DNA of 64,000 nucleotides from Selaginella moellendorffii (lineage: Eukaryota; Plantae; Lycopodiophyta). Numbering within the stretch: position 1 is the first letter of the stretch; each line of letters opens with the position of its first letter. The stretch is from NCBI RefSeq assembly GCF_000143415.4, contig NW_003314268.1, positions 3,108,559-3,172,558 of the forward strand. Direction: 5' to 3'. The translations under genes and the position numbers were made by a program. The notes under the pieces are model-generated. The model did no database searches. It saw only the letters and a program-made list of their open reading frames with translations, and had not been told where the DNA came from. This document shows, one piece after another, positions 38,805 to 47,859 of this stretch.

Positions 38805-40418
38805 TCACCTTTCATCGGATTCCCAGTAGCACAAACTTGTGGGAGTTGGATCCCTCGACGCCGATGAAAATCTTGGAACTTTGTTCGATTGAGCAGCCTG
38901 AGAAGAACACATGTATGAGAGATTGTTGAAAAGATGGAACTTTTTACCCGGAGTTCACAGTAGAGCTGGTAAATTCTATGCCTCATGTCCGAATGAACTA
39001 AAGCGTTCTCGGTTTCCTTCATAAGATCTGCTGTCGACCAAACTTTCTCCATGTCGTAAAACTCTTTCTTTAGAGACTGCCAAGGCCGCAGAGAAGATTT
39101 TAGAGCTTCAAAGCTTTTTCAAATCAATGGTTACCTTGCGATGCCTTAGCCGGTTTCCTTCAGCGATCCGTAAAGTGTTCCGAAGAGATCTAAAGATGAT
39201 GGGATCTTGCATTATATGCTGGATGACGCGCTGCTCGAGATCCTCCCTCGTGTCGTGATCTTCCAAAGTTTTCACAATCCACGCATTGTCTTCGTCTATC
39301 TTCGAGAACCTCCATCTCAATCAACAAAAAGTGACACTTTTATCGTCTTACCTTTTTCTCCTCCGCAACTTCCTCCTCGCTTGGAGGCTCAGGCTCTGCC
39401 TCCTCCATTTCCTGAAAAGGAACAATGAAAAACTTGACATAGAAACATCAATTGGCGTACATCTCTCTTCCGACGAAAAGCATCGGAGTTGTCAAGGAAA
39501 GTTCCTGTGATCGACTGGCGAAATCCTGTGTCGTTCAAGAATCTAAGCGAGAAAACCACAAAACATAATCCATCGCCTCCCAGAACTAAAAGAACTTTAG
39601 ATGCTTACCTGCGAACTGATGCCCGTTGCGCTGCAAATGACTTAAACCTGTCCTTCTTCTTATAATTTTCCAACTTCTCTTTCTCCAGTATTTTCTCAGC
39701 TCTCTTCTGCTTCACTTTCAGCTCATATTCCTTCTCTGTTCAAAGCATTTCCTTTAGAATTCGATTTTCAAATCAGATCGCTCACTACTACCTTTCATTG
39801 GCCTGAAACGCGTCGGGAAGCATGTCTAGTAAACAAACTCACTCGTTAGTCCTCTCCAGTGACACGACCTTGATGAAACTCACGAATTCCATCAGAGGTG
39901 TTTGCAGATAGTGAATGTCCAATCCAACGAAATCTAGACATCATAGAATCAGGCACACACTATCTGCAAACCCTCTGGATGAAAACTTTGTTGCCTAGAT
40001 AGCTTTGGAACTTTTGACAAGAACTCCTGTTCGTGGCAATGGAGTGACACCCTTTCTAGCCGAGACCAAATTTACAGTAGCACAGCCTGAACATAGAAAA
40101 TAAAAACCAGCAAAGAAGGAAAAGTAAAGTTTCACGAACCTTGACGATGATGTGAGTCTTTCGCTTCTGGAGGCTCCTGGAGAAATCCCGGACATTCTTG
40201 GCCCCATCCGATGCCTCAGCGGTGGCGGGCCGCCCGAAGCTCCACATCCGGAGGCTGGCGACGCTGGGGACATCGCTGAGACTGAATTTGAGGCTCCGCC
40301 GCCCATAGAATCGCGACTTTTTCGACCCGGCCGAGGACGCCGATCGCAGCGACGCCGTCCGAGATGCGATACGAACACTGCGGCTGCTCGCCGTCCTGTC
40401 GCTGCTGGAATCGGCCAT
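38805..40418 (-). CDS. Multi-exon gene of unknown function (Ser/Arg-rich N-terminus, acidic patch); exon model incomplete
   Basis: ATG 40418, repeated GT-AG-bounded open segments (e.g. FVGLDIHYLQTPLMEF, EMEEAEPEPPSEEE, WRFSKIDEDNAW, MEKVWSTADLMKETE). No family recognised. Confidence 0.45.
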
Positions 40419-40597
40419 TGCTTCTTCTTCTTCTCGCGCGAATCGATCAAATTCTAGGGCTCCAAGAGACAGAGCGCTTTTAAACGGACGGCCAGGATTT
40501 AATTCAGTCCTAACGGCTAGGATCGCTTCGGGCGCTCTTTGCCCTAATCGATTCTTCTTTCGTCTTCGTGGCGAGTCCGGGAGCGCGAGGAGCAGCG

Positions 40598-42003
40598 ATG
40601 GCGACGCCGCGGCCGGCCGTTGCGCAGATCCAAAATTTCAAGCAGGAGAGGAAGCTGACCAAGTGTGTGACCTGCGGCAACACGGCAATGGGCAAGTATG
40701 CGAAAATTTCTCTAGCTCAGTGTGGTGATTTCTCAGGGATTCTCTCTTCTAGATGTGATTTCCGAGCTTGCGGGACGTGCTGTGTGAGGGCTAAGAACCC
40801 CTGCCAAGCTCACGGTAAGTTGAAAATTCTCTTGGTGGGAACTTGGGAAGTATGTTTTAAATTTTTTTTTCTTCTTCTCTTCCTCTCAGGATTTAAGCAA
40901 GCTACAGGGCCAATGACTCCTTCTACGCCGGAGGTTTCACAGCCTCGTCCAGCGCAGTTTCAGTGGGCTCCTGGAATGTAAGTTTCATTTCTTGTCGGCT
41001 GAAACCAAAGAACTAGAAGGACTCAAGGTGGTTTGCTCAGGGGAATGTCACCATACATGAGGCCTCCAAATGGACAAGTTTCATCTCCTTACATGAACCA
41101 GATGATGCGATACCGTGTCCCTTACACGTCTCCGATCGTCCGGATGCCGGCGCCTCCTCCAGTGGAAACCGAAGATCAGAAAGAGGCGCGGCTGGAGAAA
41201 GCTCGAAAGAATTTCATCTACGCACAGAAGGTAAGCTTGTATCACCTTGACCACCGAGTTTTTACGTTGTTTTCTTCTAGGAAGCGCTCATGATAAACTC
41301 GTGGAGAATGATCAAGATGAGAGCGTACGCAGACGCAGATCTTTCCTTTGAAGACGAGGCCTTCGATCGTTACATGCGAGCTTCTACGTTGTTGGAAGGC
41401 GTGGTAGGACTCGACGAGAGGAACGATACAGTAACGGAGGGCATAGCGGATACAAGACAGGAAGATTCACTACAGGCCGCAGTCTTGGCCAGGCATGACT
41501 CGAGGAACAGCGAACTCCAGAGACAAAAGCTCCAAAAGGCCATCGCCAAGAGCTTTTCAAAGCTCCGGAAGAAGGAGTCGGAGTCGGAGAGCATGCTAGA
41601 GATTCGCGAGTTCAACCAGCAGGCAGGGATCGGCCGCAGGGACACGAAACGAATGAAGGTCCAGACTCCGGATGGAAAGGAGTGCTTGCGTCGGATCAAC
41701 GCGTGGGAGGATCTCTTCGAGGGAATCGGGTCGTTCTCCAGCTCCGGAGAGATGAGGAACTACCTGGAGCAGTTCTCGACGAGAGAAGCGAGCAAAGGCG
41801 AGCAAGTAAATCCCGCTGCGAGCGGTGCCATGGAGGAGAAGAGCTCGAAGATCCCGCCAGTGCGAAGATTGGTCACCATTCTCATGAAGCAAAAGCAGCA
41901 AGCGCCAGTGATCCCAGAGACGCAAAAGGAGATGGAACTTTCGGACGAGAGCTTGAGCAAGGTGTACGATAATCTCGAGAGCTACACGCTGGAAGCGCTG
42001 TAA
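40598..42003 (+). CDS. Plant-specific Zn-finger protein, At1g32730-like (CxxCGNxA..C..C..CC...NPC..H plus EAFDRYM domain)
   Basis: KCVTCGNTAMGK|CDFRACGTCCVRAKNPCQAH and INSWRMIKMRAY...EDEAFDRYM...LLE over about 5 exons. Confidence 0.7.
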
Positions 42004-42091
42004 CATCCATTGCTAGAGCTAAAAACTATCATTGCGAGAAACACTAGAATATGTCTCGAGATAGAAAGAAAGAACGCCATAGTCAAAGAGG

Positions 42092-42121
42092 GTGCCACGT
42101 TAGTGCCACGTTAGTGCCACG
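42092..42121. promoter_or_regulatory. Three tandem 11-bp units GTGCCACGTTA (ABRE ACGTGGC on the minus strand) upstream of a TATA-like TTATAAG
   Basis: Direct repeat about 85-115 bp upstream of ATG 42206; two units have the full ACGT core. Confidence 0.6.
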
Positions 42122-42205
42122 ATTCATGTTTGTGGGAGTTCTTATAAGAACTGGGCTCGTTTGATCTTATCTCGCCGCACCACAGGAAAGGATCGATCGC
42201 GATCC

Positions 42206-42472
42206 ATGGCAAGTTTTGGGAGGGTAGCGCTTGTTTTGTTGTTTGCTTTGCTCGCGAGTGAGATCGCCTATTGCGCTTACACTCGCCCCCCTCGCTGCAA
42301 GGATCTTCCATTCGCGTGCCGAAAGGACGCGACAGGGAATTACAATGGGATTTGCGAGTGCGCGTGCTGCAATGGTGGGCTTCCAGGCGGAAATTCGCTC
42401 TACTGCGACAAGAAAGCGGTGAGAGAGATCACGACTCGATGCGCCACGACCAAGTGTGCTTGTGGGTCTTGA
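42206..42472 (+). CDS. Small secreted cysteine-rich peptide (88 aa; signal peptide plus 10-Cys mature domain, defensin-like CxC end)
   Basis: MASFGRVALVLLFALLASEIAYC signal; mature C-x6-C-x11-C-x-C-x-CC-x11-C-x11-C-x4-C-x-C. Confidence 0.75.
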   Translation: MASFGRVALVLLFALLASEIAYCAYTRPPRCKDLPFACRKDATGNYNGICECACCNGGLPGGNSLYCDKKAVREITTRCATTKCACGS

Positions 42473-42543
42473 AATTTCATGTAAATGGACGGCTTCGATC
42501 CGTTAAGCTTTCGAATTATACGGTCCAGATTTGCTAGTAATTC

Positions 42544-44706
42544 ATGAATGGGCAGCACAGCGGAGATTCGAGCGCGGTTTCGCGAATTCGATCGTGCCGG
42601 ACGCTGTCACAGGCCAAAGATCTCCACGCCGAGCTGCTTAAATCATCACCCGGGATCACAAACACTTTCCTCTCGAATCTTCTGCTCCAAATGTACTCGC
42701 GATGCGGGAGCGTCGACCTCGCGAGGCAAGTCTTCGATTCCATTCCGTCCAGGAACGATTACAGCTGGGCGCTGATGCTCACGGCTTATGCCCAGAACGG
42801 GAATCTCCACGATGCCAGAAATCTCTTCGACCGGATGCCCGAGAGGGATGTGGTCACCTTCAATGTCATGCTTAGCGCGTATGCCCAGCAAGGGCATCTG
42901 GAAGATGCCAGAAATATCTTTGACGCGATGCCGGAGAGGACGCTTATCTCGTGGACAGCCATGCTTTCGGCATATGCCCAAAGAGGGCATCTGAAAGAAT
43001 CTGTGAATCTCTTCACCAGGATGCCTGAGCTTGACACGGTATCTTCCACAATGATGCTCTCCGCGCTGTCGAAGCGGGGAAAGCTCGCACAGGCAAAACG
43101 AATCTTTGACGAGATGCTCGAGAGGGATGTGTTCTCGTGGAACGCGCTGCTGGCAGGATATTCCCAAAACGGCCAACTGGATGCCGCGTGGAGCCTCTTC
43201 AAATCCATGCCGGCCAGGAATCGAAACCAGATCACCTGGGATACTTGCCTGACGGCTCTACTCGAGGGAGGGCGTTTCGAGGAAGGTAGCGCCGTCTTCC
43301 GGCAAATGCCCGCCCGGAGCATCGTGTCGTGGACGGCGATGCTGGGCGCGCTTGCGGAGGCGGGCAGAACCGACCAGGCAAAAGAGATATTCGACAGCAT
43401 CCCGGAGAGGGATCTTGTGTGCTGGACGTGCATGCTGACGGCATATGCCCATTTCGGGGATATTGTGGCAGCTCGCCGCATGTTTGATTCCATGCCCGAG
43501 CAGGACATGATCGCCAAGAACGCCATGCTGGCGGCATATGCCGGCAGTTCTCAGCTAGATCAGGCCAAGGGGGTGTTTGACGGTATGTCCGAAAGGAATC
43601 TAATCTCTTGGAACTCCCTGCTCATGGCATATGCCGAGAACAAGGAGTTTGCCTTGGCAAAGAGCCTCTTTGACAAAATGCCCGAGAGAGATGTGCTGTC
43701 GTGGAACTCCATGCAAGCAGCGTGCTTGCAAACCAAGCGCCAGGATGATGCCACGCGTCTCTTTTCGTCCATGCCGGAGACGAACTTAGCGACGTGGACT
43801 GCCATCCTGGCTGCAAATGCCGGATCCGGGCATCTTGACAAGGCAAAACATTTGTTTCAGAATATTCCCGAGAGGAGCGCCGCGAGCGCCACCTTTATGA
43901 TCGACGCCTATTCCGAGCGAGGCAACCTGGAAGAGGCCAAGAAAATATTCGATGAGATGCCCGAGAAAGATGCCATCGCATGGACCTCCATGCTGGTGGC
44001 ATATGCCCGGAGCGGGCATATTGACGAGGTAAAGAGCGCGTTCAATGGAATGCCCGAGCAAGACACGGTCGCCTCGACGGCGATGCTCTTCGCGTATGCC
44101 CGGAACGGGTATCTCCAGCAGGCCGAGGAATTCTTCGCCGCCATGCCCGAGAAGGACATCGTCTCCTGGAACTCGATGCTCGTTGCCTACAGCCACAGCC
44201 AAAGCCTCTCCAGAGCAAAGGCCTTCCTGCTCGCAATGCCAGACCGCGACACCATCTCCTGGAACTCCATCCTTGCGGCGAATTCTCACAAGGTTGGCGA
44301 AGGTAGCTTCGAGCAAACGATGGAGCTGTTTTGCAGCATGTCCATGGATGCCGTCCCAGCCGACGACGCCACTTTCATCTGTGTTCTTCTCGGCTCCAGC
44401 CATGGAGGCCGCCTCTACGACGCGCGCCAGTGCTTCGTGTCCATGGGCTTCGACTTTGGAGTGCCAGCCACCAAGCAGCACTACTGCTGCATGGTGGATC
44501 TCGTGGGTCGGGCCGGATACTTGAGAGACGCGGAGGAGCTCGTCGAGACGATGCCGTTTGTTCCAGATCTCGTGGAGTGGACGTGCTTTCTGGGAGCTTG
44601 CAAGACCCAAAAGCATCGAGGGAGCGGTGCTACGAGAAAGCTCGACCTGCACAAGCCGCAAACTTATGTTATGGCTTCCAACCTTTGTAGTCAAGAAATC
44701 GTTTAG
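42544..44706 (+). CDS. PLS-class PPR protein with a long run of 31-aa repeats and a truncated E domain (organellar RNA-editing factor type), 720 aa
   Basis: Tandem (A..IFD.MPERD..SW..ML.AYA..G) repeats; terminal TFICVLLGSSHGG, HYCCMVDLVGRAG, MPFVPD..W..FLGACK; no DYW domain. Confidence 0.93.
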   Translation: MNGQHSGDSSAVSRIRSCRTLSQAKDLHAELLKSSPGITNTFLSNLLLQMYSRCGSVDLARQVFDSIPSRNDYSWALMLTAYAQNGNLHDARNLFDRMPERDVVTFNVMLSAYAQQGHLEDARNIFDAMPERTLISWTAMLSAYAQRGHLKESVNLFTRMPELDTVSSTMMLSALSKRGKLAQAKRIFDEMLERDVFSWNALLAGYSQNGQLDAAWSLFKSMPARNRNQITWDTCLTALLEGGRFEEGSAVFRQMPARSIVSWTAMLGALAEAGRTDQAKEIFDSIPERDLVCWTCMLTAYAHFGDIVAARRMFDSMPEQDMIAKNAMLAAYAGSSQLDQAKGVFDGMSERNLISWNSLLMAYAENKEFALAKSLFDKMPERDVLSWNSMQAACLQTKRQDDATRLFSSMPETNLATWTAILAANAGSGHLDKAKHLFQNIPERSAASATFMIDAYSERGNLEEAKKIFDEMPEKDAIAWTSMLVAYARSGHIDEVKSAFNGMPEQDTVASTAMLFAYARNGYLQQAEEFFAAMPEKDIVSWNSMLVAYSHSQSLSRAKAFLLAMPDRDTISWNSILAANSHKVGEGSFEQTMELFCSMSMDAVPADDATFICVLLGSSHGGRLYDARQCFVSMGFDFGVPATKQHYCCMVDLVGRAGYLRDAEELVETMPFVPDLVEWTCFLGACKTQKHRGSGATRKLDLHKPQTYVMASNLCSQEIV

Positions 44707-44732
44707 TTTTCTTTAGCAACCGAGAACTTGCT

Positions 44733-46004
44733 CTACTCGGTGATCTCTTCGCGATCGTGGAGGAGGACATTGCTCGGCCACTCCACAATCTTGTCGAAGT
44801 ACTTGGCAGGGACACACTGCTCAAAGCCTTCCGTGAGCACCACCCCGTTTTTCGAGACGTAGAACTTCATCCCGTCCGCCATAGCTCGAGCAGCGTTTAC
44901 AAAGACGAGAGCATCGCAGCTGCCTCGCATTCCGCTCACGACTTCCCCGGCTCCGGGCAGGCCAGCCGCAAAGTGGACGTGCTTCCTTCCCATCGTCTTG
45001 AGGCCATCCCGCAAGATGCCCGGCAACGCGTGCTTGAAAGTTCCATGGACACACACCGCCAGCATGTTATCGTCTATGGAGATCTCTTCCAGCAGATCGT
45101 CGCTACAAACGGCATCGAGCAGCGTGTGCCCCTGGTTTGCTCGAATCAGAAGCTCGCCACTCTCGTCCACCATCGTCGCGAGCCTCTCCTTGGAGTTCTG
45201 CTCCACGGCCTGGAGCACCTCCTCCACAGTGTGCGCGCTCAGTGGAACCTTGGACCGCGTTGTGAAATCCAGCCGGAGGAGGTCCGCCACCTTGCAGAAG
45301 CCATCGCTGCGCATCTCCAGGTTGAGCTCCGCAGCTCGGTGCCTCAAGATCTTGGTCAGTGCCCGACCCAGAGCGTTGATCCGGCCACTTCCCTCCACCT
45401 GGTGGCCTTTCATCTTGGTTTCGCCGGTCTGATGATCGCTATCTCGCTCTTGCTGCTTGAGCACATTCATCACCTTCTTCCCAAACCTTGCATGGATCAC
45501 TGGTCGCACGTCCTCTACTTCTTCCTTGGAGAGCTCCTCGAGGACTGGAATTAGATCCAAAAGCCCGCGATCAGTACTGAGATTGTGCCTCTTGAATCGC
45601 GAGACGAGGACCAAGTTGTCCGGATTCAGCACGCACTTGGAGCTCGTGTCGTCGACGATGATCACTCGATTTAGGGGCCGCTCGAGCACCGCCAAGTCCT
45701 TCACTTTGCCCCCCTTCTTGCACGAATCCAGGTAGAGCCTGCGGCTGAAGAACTCCTTCGCGGGATCTAGCACGTCCAGAATCGTCTCTGCGCGGCGCTG
45801 CGCGCGCGACGTGAAGGCCACCACATCGAAAAGCTTTGCCATTCTCTCGAGAAACTTGCTAAGATGCGGTCGCTTGAGGATCATCGATCGCCCGAGCTCG
45901 TCGCCTTGGAGACGGATCGCGGATCCCACCAGCTCGGGACTTACACGGGCATTGATCTCACACATGAGCGTGCCGCACACGTCTAGCACCAGCGTCTTCG
46001 CCAT
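44733..46004 (-). CDS. Fusion protein: N-terminal NIF/FCP1-SCP-like HAD phosphatase domain plus C-terminal Tpt1/KptA RNA 2'-phosphotransferase; single exon, 423 aa
   Basis: HAD part: KTLVLDVCGTL, KRPHL..FL, FTS, LDP..F..RLY.DSC, KDL...R.L..VIIVDD. Tpt1 part: LTKILRH, DGF..V.DLL, KER, IRANQGH, HGT, GL..MGRKHVHF, SGMR, FYVS.NGVVLTEG. Confidence 0.9.
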   Translation of the reverse strand: MAKTLVLDVCGTLMCEINARVSPELVGSAIRLQGDELGRSMILKRPHLSKFLERMAKLFDVVAFTSRAQRRAETILDVLDPAKEFFSRRLYLDSCKKGGKVKDLAVLERPLNRVIIVDDTSSKCVLNPDNLVLVSRFKRHNLSTDRGLLDLIPVLEELSKEEVEDVRPVIHARFGKKVMNVLKQQERDSDHQTGETKMKGHQVEGSGRINALGRALTKILRHRAAELNLEMRSDGFCKVADLLRLDFTTRSKVPLSAHTVEEVLQAVEQNSKERLATMVDESGELLIRANQGHTLLDAVCSDDLLEEISIDDNMLAVCVHGTFKHALPGILRDGLKTMGRKHVHFAAGLPGAGEVVSGMRGSCDALVFVNAARAMADGMKFYVSKNGVVLTEGFEQCVPAKYFDKIVEWPSNVLLHDREEITE

Positions 46005-47859
46005 TAAGAACCCTAAGGCTTAGGGTTACATGTAAAACCTTAATAATTATCGATTGTGAGAAATTAATGTCAATGAGATTTATTTATTTTCTAGAAGATA
46101 AATACCATATATTTATACATAATTTTAAAATATAATTACAAAATCTACAATAATAAAGAGGAATTGGCTGCCGAATCCATCCAATCAAAGCCATCAAATG
46201 GGGGGTAATTTGGTAAATATCAGTTTTTAATTGTGTGTCCTGAAATATTTTTGCAAAGTTTGGGCTGGCCAATGGGCACATGGCATGGCCTGGGCTGGGG
46301 AAAAGGTGTGAGCTACACCTGTTTGTTTGTGCACTACAAGAGGGATAAAACTCTCCTTTTACTGCAACTCCTCAGCCATGAAGTTTCCAAGGGAAGCAAG
46401 ATAGGAGGTGGCCACTGACTAGCATTGCTGAGGCCCAAAAGCTTGCATTGCTCCAGAAACCCAAAGATTGGCACTTCTATTGTTGTGCCCAATGCCATGA
46501 GGATTATGCTGGGCATTACAATGAAAAATTGCTTGGCATGTTGTTTGTCAGCCACTGGCACTAGAGGAGGGGCATTCATGGCTTACCTGCTCCTTATTGT
46601 GGCAAATCCGCATGGTCATCAGGATGATAAGTTTTTTACTTTCTTTACTAGATGAATTCATGGGTGTAGAGATTAGGACACTGCATGTTGGGTGCTAGCT
46701 CGACTTTGATAGTAAGTTCTATTTCTTGCTAATTGTGATGCCCATGGGAAGTGTGGTCTTGTGGCAATGCACAGTGCTCTTGCTAATCCAAGTTGTACTA
46801 GACTATGTATGTCTTTGGTGGCATCACCAGATTAAAATCCAAAATTGGTATAGATCTGCATTTTGTTTAATGGTTTCCCAAGAGAGTGAATTTATTTTTA
46901 ATTCCTTATGAATAAAATACACGGAAGCTTATAATATTTGAATATTTTAGGTTAAAATTAACTTTTATAATTTAATATAACAGTATTTATAAATATAATA
47001 AGAAAATTATATTTTAAACAAGATGGCCTATTTAGATATCACTAAAACATATGGAATCTAACACCAAGTGATTGATATACAAAATGTGGGTTGGTTTATT
47101 TTTATCAGAGTGTAAGACGATCAAAGTTCTAATTGTTAATACAAACAAAATAAACAACTTTAAGAATAAAAGTATTTATTATATTTTTATATGTAGCCTT
47201 AGATATTTCCTAACTGCAAACATAGTTTATTTGAACATAATACTATGGAATAAAATATTTGAATTTACAGTTTCTATAACATATATACTTATAAAATATA
47301 TTATTAATAATTGTTTTCTTGGATGGATCTGGGTAGTAATATATTAATGTTCCTACACATTTGTTGTTTTATATTCTAAGAAAAATGCATAATTAAGTAA
47401 TGTCTTGCTAATAAATAAACTAGTAATAATTATTCTTAGTAATTAATCTCTTTTTAATAAAATTCTAAGGCAAGTTTATCCTAATTTCCATATAACATAT
47501 TATTAATAATAAAAATTTTATTTTTCACATTTTTTTGAGTTGGGTATTTTTCTAAATATATTTTAATTTCCAAAAGAAATTGTATCTAACATTTTTTATT
47601 AATGAATATTTATTCTTACTTATGCCTAGATATTATCAAGTTTATAAGAGCAAAATTGTTGCCTTTTGGCTGTCGTTGTGGAGCACACTCATCATTCTCT
47701 TGCTGGAGTTGGATTTGGAGCTGCTTCACGCACTCATACTCCTACAACAGCAAGACTTCCTCATCACACAACTGCATCCTTGATCTCTACACAAAAAGAC
47801 TCTTCCTCTTCCTTTTCACGTTAAAACCTTGGGACAACATTTTGAAATACTGTGGCTCT

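Noticed and set aside
44733-45385. Bacterial kptA acquired by horizontal transfer
   Set aside because: The sequence has plant-type features (ALGRALTKILRH, SAHTVEEV, GLP..GEVVSGMR, KIVEWP), so a host origin is more likely.
37043-45554. Long antisense ORFs over MOS2, PPR and the fusion gene (e.g. 37043-37876, 43786-44694, 44757-45554)
   Set aside because: Shadow ORFs expected from GC-rich codon usage; no motifs.
46040-47850. Short ORFs in the AT-rich stretch
   Set aside because: No recognisable family or consistent exon chain.
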